A DNA stretch of 64,000 nt, from NCBI GenBank assembly GCA_044226015.1, contig JBGAHS010000009.1, positions 192,001 through 256,000 on the forward strand. Direction: 5' to 3'. Source of the DNA: Candidatus Obscuribacteraceae bacterium (GTDB taxonomy: Bacteria > Cyanobacteriota > Vampirovibrionia > Obscuribacterales > Obscuribacteraceae). Under the pieces are notes generated by a model. It did no database searches and had not been told where the DNA came from. It worked only from the letters and a program-made list of their open reading frames with translations. The translations under genes and the position numbers were made by a program. How positions within the stretch are numbered: position 1 is the first letter of the stretch; the number at the start of each line of letters is the position of its first letter. Shown here piece by piece: positions 38,211 through 48,431 of the stretch.

Positions 38211-38380
38211 TTTCTCGGAAATTGAGTTTTGATGCAGCTCTCGGTGGACTATTGCTGTGAGGTGCTCTTGCATCTGAGCGAAACTACAGCATGCCTCGTG
38301 ACACTAAATATGGTGTTGAGCACCATAGATGCAGCAAAACAACACCGTTGTTTGCTTGCTTCAGTTTCTCTTGTAAAAGG

Positions 38381-38457
38381 TGGGGCAGATGACGGGACTT
38401 GAACCCGCGAGTACCGGAACCACAATCCGGGGCCTTAACCGCTTGGCGACACCTGCC
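38381..38457 (-). tRNA. tRNA-His (GUG)
   Basis: Reverse complement folds as a cloverleaf: G-1, acceptor GCAGGTG/CATCTGC, anticodon arm CCGGA-TTGTGGT-TCCGG, T-loop TTCAAGT, discriminator C, encoded CCA. Confidence 0.97.
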
Positions 38458-38538
38458 ACTAGAACACATATTAACACGCAACTTACAGACTTGAATTCAC
38501 GTGTTAAAAGCCTCGCAATCTTCTTTAATTGCCGTTTT

Positions 38539-38571
38539 AAAACAAGAAGAGGAGGCGTGAACCTCCTCTTC
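38539..38571 (-). terminator. Intrinsic terminator downstream of the 67-aa ORF
   Basis: GAAGAGGAGG/CCTCCTCTTC 10-bp stem followed on the minus strand by TTGTTTT. Confidence 0.7.
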
Positions 38572-38593
38572 GAAAATTGTTGTCTTTGACAGC

Positions 38594-38797
38594 TTATCTG
38601 TCTGTCTTAGCTGCAAGTTGCTTCTGAAGAACACTTACACGCTGCAATAAGGCTTTGAGTAAATCCTCATAGCTGGATTCATCGCGGTAATAAGCGACTT
38701 TCTTCAGGTCAACCTTCTCCACTATCTCGGGTGCTGGTTGAAGTTCGACTGTAGGGCTGCCAACGAAGCTTGTGGTACCTGCTGTTGTTCCAATCAT
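38594..38797 (-). CDS. Small hypothetical protein (67 aa)
   Basis: GAGAGG RBS, own terminator, C-terminal coiled-coil-like segment. Confidence 0.6.
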   Translation of the reverse strand: MIGTTAGTTSFVGSPTVELQPAPEIVEKVDLKKVAYYRDESSYEDLLKALLQRVSVLQKQLAAKTDR

Positions 38798-39249
38798 TGG
38801 ATTGTCCTCTCTACCAGATTTACCTGGTTTCCCATTTCGGTTAAAAAACCGCCTGCCAATTTTCTTACCGCCAATTTAGAATTTTATTCGCTTGACGTCT
38901 CGATATTTTAAGTCTATCCAGATCTGCTTGACATTTGCCATGGTAAATACCGCAGTTCGGTGAAACTTTTCCAAGCCAAGAATGCCAAGCACTTGAAACA
39001 AGCTAACTATTACACGAATCTCCTTGAAAACGGCATTCTTAATAACAAGATAAGATTCTTCAAATCTTTTTCTCTGCTCTAATATTTTCTGTTCCTTGTC
39101 TGCAGTTTTTTCCCTCATCGTATTTGATACCAGTCAAAGACCAGTGACTCTCTCTCTTTGCTCGGACTGCGCTCATGGCCAGCTACAGCACAATTCAGCA
39201 TTTGGGATCCCAAATGGATACATTTGCTCAGGTTGCGGAATAAGATTTG

Positions 39250-41268
39250 CTATTTAAGAATGAAAGGAAGCACGCGTGCCAGAGCCGCTCCGATGGCTAC
39301 TGCAAATAGCCATGAACCAATCCAGATCGAGAATGCAACTTTGGCTCCTCGTTCTTTGATCATCACCCCTACGGTGGCGATACAAGGCACAAACAATGTG
39401 ATCACAACCATCGCTGTAACTGCCTGAGTCGCCGATAAGGCTACGTCGGTTAGACCAAAAGCAGCGAAGTCACGCCGTACAATACCTAGAATAAAAGTTG
39501 TCGGAATACGCGGGTCAGAGGGCAGTTTCAAGAGGTCTACTGTGATTGGTTTGAGCGCTTGAATAAACCAATCGAGTACTCCTGTCATTTGTCCTATCGT
39601 TACTACCAGTCCTGCGATGCAGAACATTGGAATTGACTCAAGCATGAAATTGTACGTTTTCGTCCACGTTTTCTTCAGAACATTTTTTGCTCTGGGCAAA
39701 CGCATGGGTGGAAGGTCGATCATCAACGATGCCGATTTGCCCGGCAATATCTTATTTAGAAGAAGCCCTGTAGCTACAAGAATTCCGAAAACAACAGAGC
39801 CGTAAACTGCCCAGGGAAGGGGACCACCGCATTTTGCCAGGGTACCAGAGACTATTCCTAATTGAGCTGAGCAAGGAATTGCAATACCAAGCAAAGCTGT
39901 CGCAATAATTTTTTCTCGAGTTGAAGACAATAAGCGTGTTGTAACTGTCGCCATCGTGACACAACCAAGACCCAGGATAAGCGGAATTATTGCGCGTCCG
40001 GTCAAACCGATGCGATTCAACACTCTGTCAACTAGCACCGCCAGTCGTGGCAGATAGCCGGAGTCTTCGAGTATGGAAAGGGCAAAATAAAAGGCAAGAA
40101 CAAGAGGAAATAGAAGACCAAATAGATAAGTTACAGTGAGTGTGAGTATGCCGTATTCACCCGCCAGTGTGTTTCCTGCAGCTCCCATAAGATCACGATG
40201 TGACCAGAAGTCATACTTAACTTCGTCTACAGCAGTGCTGTTCTTGGTGCTTTCGAATTCACTTGCCTCCACTGCTGGTGCTTGCATAATTCCCGCAGGA
40301 AAATCAAAGGTCTTGTTGCCGACAGTTACCGTAGAAGGGAAGACTTGTGCGACGACTCTGCGAACATTAGGTTCGCAATAAACCCGCATAAACTTCTTTT
40401 CGGTCAAATCCACAACCACTCCAGCAACTAAGACACCGAGCAATTGATAGAAGATCAGATAACAGACTACTGCGGAAATGATGCCACCATAAAAGGGGTT
40501 TAGCAGCAGGCGTCCAAAAAATACTGAGAATTGCTTCTTCGTATTTGAATGTTTGACCGCGCCAGCAACAATTTCATTAACTCGTTGTCGACGCTCTCTG
40601 TATATTTCATTGCGATGAGTGAGGGCTTGTGTCTTACATTCATCAGCAGAGCTCTGGTCGCCTTCAGCTACTAGAAGCGCATGATCTTCGCTTATGCCAT
40701 TTTTTCGCAATTCCTTTGTTCGTTCTTGAACCAGGCTGGAAATTGTTCCGCGACAGGCGTCTGCAAGGCTCATGTTTATTTCTGATATGCCTTTGCCTTG
40801 GACAGCCACGGTAGGTATAACCGGAACCCCAAGGGACTCAGACAGTTTGCTCAGGTCTATTCTCATATTGCGCGACTCGGCTTCGTCCCATTGATTCAAA
40901 ACTAGAATCATTGGTTTTCCCATGTCGATTAACTGAAGAGTGAGGAAGAGGTCTCTTTCTAGACTCAGTGCAGAAGCGACATTGATGATCATTTCTGCTT
41001 TTAAAATCATTTTTCGCGCTATCAACTCTTCATCATTGAAGCTTGAAACGCCATAAATGCCTGGAGTGTCTGCCAGGTCATCTGCTCCGAGCTTACCTCG
41101 AGAGATGTCTATAGTTGTCCCCGGAAAATTTGAAACCTCTGCGTGAACACCAGTCAGAGCCGAAAAAAGAGCCGACTTGCCGACGTTAGGATTTCCAGCA
41201 AGCACGATTTGCTTACCTTTAACTTCCTGCTCTGTCGCAGAAGCCTGATTTCCCGTGGCAGTAGCCAC
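39250..41268 (-). CDS. feoB: Ferrous iron transporter FeoB
   Basis: GNPNVGKS, VSNFPGTT, DTPGIY, NQWD, LEDSGYLPRLA, PLILGLGC, IPCSAQ, LFVPCIAT; GTG start with AAGGA RBS. Confidence 0.96.
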   Translation of the reverse strand: MATATGNQASATEQEVKGKQIVLAGNPNVGKSALFSALTGVHAEVSNFPGTTIDISRGKLGADDLADTPGIYGVSSFNDEELIARKMILKAEMIINVASALSLERDLFLTLQLIDMGKPMILVLNQWDEAESRNMRIDLSKLSESLGVPVIPTVAVQGKGISEINMSLADACRGTISSLVQERTKELRKNGISEDHALLVAEGDQSSADECKTQALTHRNEIYRERRQRVNEIVAGAVKHSNTKKQFSVFFGRLLLNPFYGGIISAVVCYLIFYQLLGVLVAGVVVDLTEKKFMRVYCEPNVRRVVAQVFPSTVTVGNKTFDFPAGIMQAPAVEASEFESTKNSTAVDEVKYDFWSHRDLMGAAGNTLAGEYGILTLTVTYLFGLLFPLVLAFYFALSILEDSGYLPRLAVLVDRVLNRIGLTGRAIIPLILGLGCVTMATVTTRLLSSTREKIIATALLGIAIPCSAQLGIVSGTLAKCGGPLPWAVYGSVVFGILVATGLLLNKILPGKSASLMIDLPPMRLPRAKNVLKKTWTKTYNFMLESIPMFCIAGLVVTIGQMTGVLDWFIQALKPITVDLLKLPSDPRIPTTFILGIVRRDFAAFGLTDVALSATQAVTAMVVITLFVPCIATVGVMIKERGAKVAFSIWIGSWLFAVAIGAALARVLPFILK

Positions 41269-41298
41269 TGCTCAATCCTTCATTTGTCGAGGTTTATT

Positions 41299-41363
41299 TG
41301 AGAAATCATATCAACAAAATGCTGAATTTGAGAAGAAATATCAATAATACGAATTCATTCTCA
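41299..41363. promoter_or_regulatory. Fur-box-like array upstream of feoB
   Basis: 7-1-7 elements TGAGAAA-T-CATATCA (41299-41313) and TGAGAAG-A-AATATCA (41329-41343), plus a half-site ATTCTCA ending at 41363; resembles TGATAAT-N-ATTATCA. Confidence 0.65.
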
Positions 41364-41554
41364 ATAAACACGAATTACTAAATTAGGTAATTCTTGGGAA
41401 CCCCAAAGCTCTATATGGTATAAGCAAAATCGCCTCTTGCCTTAGACGCAGGTCCGGGCGCAGGACAGATCAGTGCAAATCGTTGCTAAGCCTGTATTCA
41501 CAGTGCTTGCTTAGATTATTTCCAAAAGGAGAATGCTCCCTGAGCAAGTTTTAC

Positions 41555-44500
41555 ATGACTGCAAAATCGAGAAAAACTGGCATTACATTGGCCTTAGCTT
41601 GTCTTTTGTTAAACATGCAAATTGCATGCTATTCACAGACAGCTCCAGAGGAGTCTGCCCCCGATTCGCTCGCCGTACCGCGCTTCTCACTACCTGCGGT
41701 AGGGTCTATTCCGGGAGAGAATTCTGCGCTGGAAACTTCGAAGCCTGTATCCAAACCTGAATCGCGGACAATTTTCTCGGGGTTTCGTAAAGCGGTAAAG
41801 CCCGCTGGGACGAGTCAGGCTGCCGCGAATAGTTCTGAACAAAACAAAACCAGTACGGCTATAGAATCAAGCACCGCCAGGCAAACAGAGTCCAGTAAAA
41901 CTAGCACTCCTGCTGCGTCAACTGTATCATCCGTAGACCTCAAATCGAACTCAGGCGGAGACAGTTCGACAAGTTCTAAGCCTGCTGATTCACCAGTCTC
42001 TCGACCAAGCACTACTAAGTCGTCGCTGGCCGCGGCCGCACTTACTGCGTCTATTCCGGTCATTAAGTCTGGACAGGTTATGGCTCAGGAATTTGTGCTG
42101 CCGAACGGACTTAAGGTTCTTATTCAAGAAAATCATGAATTCCCAGTAGTTTCGACCCTGGTATTTTATCGTGTCGGTTCTCGTGATGAGCAAACTGGGT
42201 CGACCGGGCTGACGCACATGGTTGAGCATTTGATGTTTCAAGAGGTCGGAAACTTCAAAGCTGGCGATATAGGAAGCATGATTGCCAGAGTGGGCGGTCA
42301 GTTCAACGGTTATACCAGTGATGATTTCACGACGTTTTTTGAGACTTTGCCGTCTTCTCGACTGGAAATGGCTTTGAAAATTGAATCGGATCGCATGGCA
42401 CGCACCAAATTTAGTGCTAGCGAAGTGAAACAAGAAGTTGCAAACATACAGAAAGAACTGGAAGCGGAGTCGAAAGATCCGCAGGCGCTTCTTTCCAAAG
42501 AAGTACGTGCGATGATGTTCATGCAACATCCATATCACAATCCAACGATTGGCTGGAAGACGGATGTTGAAGGGCTCACTGCCGAAACAGCACGCAATTT
42601 TTACTCCAAATACTTCAGTCCATCAAACGCTACTCTTGTTATTTCAGGAGACGTGTATTTTCGCCAAGCCAGCCAGCTTGTCCAAAAATATTTTGCAACT
42701 ATAAATGGTGCTGAAAAAGCTAGTCATGTTTCAGTGACTGAGTCTATGCCTCGCAGCGAAAGACGTGTAAACACCAAGTACGATGGCAATAAAGAGCTGA
42801 TGCAGGTCGCCTATCGTGCTCCAGCGATGGATGACCCTGATGCACCGGCCATGGTGGTGATGGAGAAACTGTTGAATGGCGGCATCGTGGGTCGCCTTAA
42901 GGGACGACTTGTTGACTCAAAGATTTGTTCGTCTACTCAGGCAAATTACGAAATCAAGAAAGAGCCGGGTCTCTTCACTGTCAGTTGTACTGCTGTACCT
43001 GCAACTTTTAACGCGCAATCAAAAATACTGGAAGGTGTTGATTCTGTTGTCTCTCAGGTGCGCGATAAACTCCCCTCTGATGCCGAAGTTCGTCGCGCCA
43101 GAAATCAGGCAGAATTTGCTTACTTTGCAGAATGTGATGGACCATATCGTGCCGGGTTCCACCTGGGCTATTTTGAATGCCTGGACAAATGGCAAGATAA
43201 TTACAGCTGGGCTGAGAAACTTCGTGCGGTTTCTGCTGCCGATATTAATCGTGTAGCTAAAAAATATTTCTCTCCAGAAACTAGAGTAATCGGATGGATT
43301 TCTGGAAGTTCAGCTCCGAAGGCAGCGCCACCGGCACCAGCAGCCGCTCCAAGTCCCAAAGCATCTGTTCCCGATACCAAACACGGTGCTTTGGCCACTT
43401 GTCTGCAGGGACAGAATATCGCATTATTCGATGAGCAATTTTCGGCTAAGCCGTCGTATAGCCGTAATATGGAACATTTGACAGTCGCGGCTTATAAGGA
43501 GACTGATGAAATCCCAGCTCCTGACGCGTCTTCTGAAAAGACTACTGTTGACTCAGCAGATAACGCATCGGGTAAACCGGGGACTGTTTTGTCTGGTACA
43601 GCACAAAAAATTAGCCCAAAGAGCACCAAGAAAACAGGAATACCAGCAGTTATTAGAGACATTCCGAATGCCCTGGGCAATGCCGTCACAGGTAACATTC
43701 CTGGTGCTGTGGGCAACGTTGGAGCTGCACTCATAAACCTACCGGTAGCCATCGGAGACATCGGCGTTGCAGTGGGTAGCACTGCTAGTGCCCTTGGAAA
43801 ACAGATAGTGGCACTGAAGCCTGGCGCGCTTGAAAGTGATTCCAAGTTTGTTTCTCAGCGTGTTCTCAAAAATGGTTTGAAAGTTGTTGTCTATGAAAGC
43901 CACGTGAGTCCAATTGTGCAAGTTTCAGGCTCTATACAGGCAGGTGAAGCATACTCAAAATCAAAGACGGGCTATTCATTACTTTCCAATAGTATTTTGT
44001 CGCTAGGTTCAAGTCGCCGAAACAAAGCTCAGTCACAATCTCTGCAGGATGACCTGGGAATATCACCCCAGCACATGCTGAAGTTTGATTCCAACCTGGA
44101 GACAATTGATTTCTCCACGAGATGCTTGAGTCGCGATTTTTCTCAGCAGCTTGATTTGATCGCTGATAACCTATCTTCGCCTTTAATTGACGAGGCCAAT
44201 CTGGAAAAGGCAAAAGCTGATGCGAGCTATTCACTCAAGCACAATCAAGACTTTGTTGGAAAGAAAGTAAATCGTCTATTGTTGCAAGGTCTCCTCGACG
44301 ATAATTCACCCTTCTGCCCCACTGACCCCAGTGATCGTGCAAAAACAATTGCGCAAGCAGATCTGGCTGAAACGCAGAAGTTTTTCTCAAGTCACATAAC
44401 TCCTGCAGCAACCACTATCGTGCTGGCCGGAGATTTGAATCCTGAAACCGTTTTTGCTCAAATGGAGCGATCTTTTGGGAAGTGGGCAAATAAAGGGGCG

Positions 44501-45313
44501 CACAATCAGTTGAAAGCAAAACTACGCACCCAGAGAGTTTTGCGAAGCTCACTTCCTTTGAAGGATAGTAAAAAGAGCAACATTTGCTTTGGTCAACTTG
44601 TTCCAATGGCTGAATCACACCCGGAATATGGCAGTCTCTTAATTGCAGACTGCATATTGGTGAACCATCCGATGATATCTAGATTTGAACAAGCTCTCTC
44701 CAAAAATCCAGCACTGGAGTCTGCCATCGCCAATGGTGAGATGACAGTTAAACTTGAACCATTTTCAAATCTTACGCAGTGGTCGATGTCGCTGTTTTTG
44801 GACCCTGCTGCCGTGCAAGTTTCAGTACGTACTATAAAGAACGAGCTGAAGCAAATTTCTAAGCTAGGTGTAACTGCTGAGGAGTTCACTGAAGCAAAAC
44901 GATATCTACTAGGCTCTCTGCCCGTGAGAACACAGGCAACGCTGGGTGAAGTTAGCAGTTCTATGCTCGATTCTTACGAGCATAGTGACACCATAAATGG
45001 TTACAACGCAGAAATTGCTTCTGTTAAAGCTGCAAGTGTAGATTCTGTCAATAAGGTAATCAGAACCATCTTCAAGCCCGAACAGTCGACAATTGTGATA
45101 GCTGGTGGCGGACAGTCAATCAAAGCTGCTCGCAATCCCTCAGAGAGCAGCGAATCAAAAGCAGAAACGGAAACATCGCCTTCTCCAAGCAAGCCTTCTC
45201 CTGAGAAGAAAGTTGCCCCGAAACCCTCTTCTGCCAATAAACCAGCGGATTCTTCGAAATCTAGCAAGTCCAAAAAAGATGATGCTAAAAGTGTCGGCAA
45301 AGTCAAGAAGTAG
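41555..45313 (+). CDS. Exported M16 (pitrilysin/insulinase) zinc peptidase, two fused halves
   Basis: LPNGLKVL, YRVGSRDE..GLTHMVEHLMF (HxxEH), NGYTS.DFT, HPYHNPTIGW; second LKNGLKVV half; N-terminal signal/TM. Start uncertain (41483-41555). Confidence 0.92.
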   Translation: MTAKSRKTGITLALACLLLNMQIACYSQTAPEESAPDSLAVPRFSLPAVGSIPGENSALETSKPVSKPESRTIFSGFRKAVKPAGTSQAAANSSEQNKTSTAIESSTARQTESSKTSTPAASTVSSVDLKSNSGGDSSTSSKPADSPVSRPSTTKSSLAAAALTASIPVIKSGQVMAQEFVLPNGLKVLIQENHEFPVVSTLVFYRVGSRDEQTGSTGLTHMVEHLMFQEVGNFKAGDIGSMIARVGGQFNGYTSDDFTTFFETLPSSRLEMALKIESDRMARTKFSASEVKQEVANIQKELEAESKDPQALLSKEVRAMMFMQHPYHNPTIGWKTDVEGLTAETARNFYSKYFSPSNATLVISGDVYFRQASQLVQKYFATINGAEKASHVSVTESMPRSERRVNTKYDGNKELMQVAYRAPAMDDPDAPAMVVMEKLLNGGIVGRLKGRLVDSKICSSTQANYEIKKEPGLFTVSCTAVPATFNAQSKILEGVDSVVSQVRDKLPSDAEVRRARNQAEFAYFAECDGPYRAGFHLGYFECLDKWQDNYSWAEKLRAVSAADINRVAKKYFSPETRVIGWISGSSAPKAAPPAPAAAPSPKASVPDTKHGALATCLQGQNIALFDEQFSAKPSYSRNMEHLTVAAYKETDEIPAPDASSEKTTVDSADNASGKPGTVLSGTAQKISPKSTKKTGIPAVIRDIPNALGNAVTGNIPGAVGNVGAALINLPVAIGDIGVAVGSTASALGKQIVALKPGALESDSKFVSQRVLKNGLKVVVYESHVSPIVQVSGSIQAGEAYSKSKTGYSLLSNSILSLGSSRRNKAQSQSLQDDLGISPQHMLKFDSNLETIDFSTRCLSRDFSQQLDLIADNLSSPLIDEANLEKAKADASYSLKHNQDFVGKKVNRLLLQGLLDDNSPFCPTDPSDRAKTIAQADLAETQKFFSSHITPAATTIVLAGDLNPETVFAQMERSFGKWANKGAHNQLKAKLRTQRVLRSSLPLKDSKKSNICFGQLVPMAESHPEYGSLLIADCILVNHPMISRFEQALSKNPALESAIANGEMTVKLEPFSNLTQWSMSLFLDPAAVQVSVRTIKNELKQISKLGVTAEEFTEAKRYLLGSLPVRTQATLGEVSSSMLDSYEHSDTINGYNAEIASVKAASVDSVNKVIRTIFKPEQSTIVIAGGGQSIKAARNPSESSESKAETETSPSPSKPSPEKKVAPKPSSANKPADSSKSSKSKKDDAKSVGKVKK

Positions 45314-45690
45314 TCTCTTTTATTGGACGTATTAGATTCCTGATAGAAGTCAAAAGGAAACTTTCTGTAATATTATTCTCGCTTAAGCTGAGCTTTCAAA
45401 GTCCGCTGCCACAAGCGATCTGACGCATTCACTTCCTGTATATGAAATGCATAGGATCGAAATCTGATACATAGTTGTCAAAATTTCATAGAACTGTCTT
45501 TGGTGGCGGAAATAGCGAATTTGTTATCTTTTTTGCTCTTGCTTTTGTTCTTCATTTCCCCTGTCGCACAATACTTTCCGCGGGTGCCGACTAAGTTGTA
45601 TGTTGTCATATAATTAATGATTGAGCTTGAACTGAGCCTGTTACTGATCTTGTAATCTGAAACTTATATGCGGGAATTGCTGTAAAAGGT

Positions 45691-45699
45691 TGCTATAAT
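45691..45699 (+). promoter_or_regulatory. Extended -10 promoter element
   Basis: Perfect TGcTATAAT in the AT-rich spacer about 125 nt upstream of the LysM gene; a second candidate TTGACT-N16-GATAAT at 45727-45754. Confidence 0.5.
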
Positions 45700-45823
45700 T
45701 AGTTCCGTAGATTTTAGATTGCAAGTTTGACTTTCTTCGCTCAATATCGATAATATGCCAAGATAAATCGAATTCCTGAGTAAAGGAAGCTAAGGGGTCA
45801 CCTCTGAGAGGTCGTTAAAGCGT

Positions 45824-46516
45824 ATGGCTGTTTTAGGTACAAACGGGAGTGCAGTTTTGCTAAGTGATAAGGAAAAACTAGACTTCGATTCCGTTCCCGA
45901 ATATGTCCGCGAGCCCAAATCTAGTCGCGATTCATATGTTTCAAAAGCCGGTTATGTAGAAGACGATTACGAGCCTCACCACAAGTCAGCTGAAATTGAG
46001 ACATTGTGGCCAGGTGTCAGTGCTGATTTTCTTCATGGAAATTCTCACAAGCGTCAACCATCTTTCTACTGGAGCATCGGATTCGTTTCTGGAATAGTTG
46101 CTTCTATTCTATGTGCTGGTGTCGTCTATGGTGGTATGCAGTTGTTTGCCAACCACACGCAAGCTGCTGGTATAGCTCAAATTGTTGTTGCAGGAAAAGG
46201 CACCGTCAACCAGGCGAAAGATCAGTTGAGCACTGTCAATGGTGCGGCTGTGGTAACCACTCGCACTGCCACTGCCCTCGGTGACCCGGATCTTATTGTT
46301 CCGCTTTTCTCACAGTACACAGTTAAAACTGGTGATACTCTGGCTTCTATCGCTGTTCAGGCGTACAAGAGAGCTACACCAAGACTTCTGGATGAAATTT
46401 GCAAAGCAAACAATATGCGCAATGCCAACGTTCTCAGTCTTGGTCAAACTTTGAATTTGCCTCAGTACAGACCTCAATCGAGGCAGATAGCTAGCGGTGC
46501 TGCCAGCATCCAGTAG
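45824..46516 (+). CDS. Bitopic membrane protein with C-terminal LysM domain
   Basis: TM FYWSIGFVSGIVASILCAGVVYGG; YTVKTGDTLASIA...ANNMRNANVLSLGQTLNLP. Confidence 0.88.
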   Translation: MAVLGTNGSAVLLSDKEKLDFDSVPEYVREPKSSRDSYVSKAGYVEDDYEPHHKSAEIETLWPGVSADFLHGNSHKRQPSFYWSIGFVSGIVASILCAGVVYGGMQLFANHTQAAGIAQIVVAGKGTVNQAKDQLSTVNGAAVVTTRTATALGDPDLIVPLFSQYTVKTGDTLASIAVQAYKRATPRLLDEICKANNMRNANVLSLGQTLNLPQYRPQSRQIASGAASIQ

Positions 46517-48431
46517 AGCTTATGATGCGGACGAGTCCGCTGATGTAGAGTCGACATTTGTTCGTCTTGAAGACTATTTGCCATCTTATGAATTGCGAGT
46601 TCAACAGGTTGAATTTGCACATTCCATTGATAACGCTATTAAGCGGGGACGGGTTGGCATCTTCGAAGCCGGGACAGGTACCGGGAAAAGTCTTGCCGCC
46701 TTAATTCCAGCAGCTTTGTCTCGCAAGCGTGTGGTGGTTTCTACCGCTACGATTGCCCTGCAAGAGCAGTACATTCACAAAGACATTCCGTGTCTAAAGA
46801 AGATTCTCCCGTTTGAAATCCAGGCTTCTCTATTTAAGGGACGTGGAAACTATATCAGCTTGCGGCGTTTTGAAGAACACAAGTTGGAAGCTGAAATAGA
46901 TTCACGCCTCATCAATTTTGTGCAAAATACGATGACTGGCGATCGCTCAGACCTCGATTTTTTACCGATGTCAGACACCTGGGGTGAAATTAATTCTGAC
47001 TCCGATGATTGTATGCGCACGAAATGTCCCACATACAATCAGTGCTTTTATTTCAGATCAAAAAAGAATGCTGAGCAGGCAGACATCATCGTTGTAAACC
47101 ATTCTTTGCTGCTGATCGATGCTTTGAGTGGTGGCAATTTGTTGCCACCATATGAGGTATTGATAGTCGATGAAGCGCACCATTTACCAGAGGTTGCTAG
47201 TAAGTCTTTCAGCGCGTCTGTAAACCTTAGAGGTGTACAGTTGCTCGCTGCGAAAGCCGCAAAGCAGTTATCTGCACCGTCGTACATTATTCATAACCTT
47301 GAGGAAATTGCCGAAGAGTTCTTCACGCACTTGCATTCTTTAATTCCTTACGGAAAGACAAGAATCAGGAAGCCAGTTGAGGGAATCATGGAGTTTCTCA
47401 ACACGCTCTATATAACCCGTGACTGGTTAGCTGCTGCCAATTTCGAAACAGTGCTTGATATAGATAATCAGAGAGATAAGCTTAAGTTGAAAGCGAAGGC
47501 TTTGCTTACAACAACCAACGGTTATATAAAATGTCTGGAACTTCTCGAGCAGCTCGATGAGGAATGGGTTTTCTGGGCAGAGAAGATGGATAACGTGCCC
47601 TGGCGGACAGAGCTGGTTGCAGCACCGCTGACAGTGGCTGATCTTATTGAGCAGTATGTGTTTGATAAGGAAGGCTTGCTGTCGAGCATATGGATGTCTG
47701 CGACACTCGCCACTGCTGGTGATGACCCCTTTCACTATTTTAAGAGGCTAGTTGGTGCTCCTCGTGTTTTGACACAGGCTCAGGTAGCCAGCCCGTTCGA
47801 CTATGGCAGGCAATCAGTTCTCTATTTGCCCAAGAATATGCCCGAACCAAATACGCGAGAGTTCGGTGAAGCCGCATGCGAAGAAATCGAACGCATTCTG
47901 GAACTAAGTCAGGGAAGAGCGTTTGTATTGTTCACAAGTTATACAGGAATGAACAATATCTATGGTTATTTGAAAGAGCGTATTCCTTACCCTTCCCGCA
48001 AGCAAGGCGAAATGCCGCGAAAAAAATTGCTCGATTGGTTTCGCGAGACCCCAAATGCAGTTCTCTTTGCCACAGCAAGTTTCTGGGAGGGTGTCTCTGT
48101 CGATGGCGATCAACTTAGCGCCGTGATTATCGACAAGATTCCATTTCAATCGCCTGATGATCCTATTTACGAGGCTCGTTGCGATCGCTTGAAAGAGGAT
48201 GGCACCGAGATGAGTTGGTTTAGTGAACTTGCGCTGCCCTACGCCACCATGCGCTTGAAGCAAGGTGTTGGCCGACTCATTCGAACTAGGACTGATCGGG
48301 GAGTAGTGGCTATTTTGGATCCCCGAATGACCAGCAAAACATATGGCAAAGCAATCTTGTCTTGTCTGCCGCCGATGCAGGTTGTGCGCTCTATTCAAGG
48401 CGCTCGAAGCATAGATGATTTGCTCCCTTAG
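46497..48431 (+). CDS. DinG/YoaA-family ATP-dependent DNA helicase
   Basis: Q motif R.QQ, EAGTGTGKS, STATIALQEQ, VVNHSLL, DEAH, SATL, SPFDY, LFTSY, FWEGV, QGVGRLIR, LDPR. Confidence 0.95.
   Translation: MLPASSRAYDADESADVESTFVRLEDYLPSYELRVQQVEFAHSIDNAIKRGRVGIFEAGTGTGKSLAALIPAALSRKRVVVSTATIALQEQYIHKDIPCLKKILPFEIQASLFKGRGNYISLRRFEEHKLEAEIDSRLINFVQNTMTGDRSDLDFLPMSDTWGEINSDSDDCMRTKCPTYNQCFYFRSKKNAEQADIIVVNHSLLLIDALSGGNLLPPYEVLIVDEAHHLPEVASKSFSASVNLRGVQLLAAKAAKQLSAPSYIIHNLEEIAEEFFTHLHSLIPYGKTRIRKPVEGIMEFLNTLYITRDWLAAANFETVLDIDNQRDKLKLKAKALLTTTNGYIKCLELLEQLDEEWVFWAEKMDNVPWRTELVAAPLTVADLIEQYVFDKEGLLSSIWMSATLATAGDDPFHYFKRLVGAPRVLTQAQVASPFDYGRQSVLYLPKNMPEPNTREFGEAACEEIERILELSQGRAFVLFTSYTGMNNIYGYLKERIPYPSRKQGEMPRKKLLDWFRETPNAVLFATASFWEGVSVDGDQLSAVIIDKIPFQSPDDPIYEARCDRLKEDGTEMSWFSELALPYATMRLKQGVGRLIRTRTDRGVVAILDPRMTSKTYGKAILSCLPPMQVVRSIQGARSIDDLLP

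Noticed and set aside
38211..38457. tRNA-His as an integration site for an island
   Set aside because: No integrase nearby, and I saw no duplicate of the tRNA 3' end in the window.
38876..39118. 80-aa minus-strand ORF downstream of feoB as feoA/feoC
   Set aside because: No SH3-like FeoA or Cys-containing FeoC pattern and no clear RBS; coding status uncertain.
46939..48188. GCGATCGC (cyanobacterial HIP1) sites
   Set aside because: Only isolated copies noticed; no sign of the high density typical of HIP1 genomes. Not formally counted.
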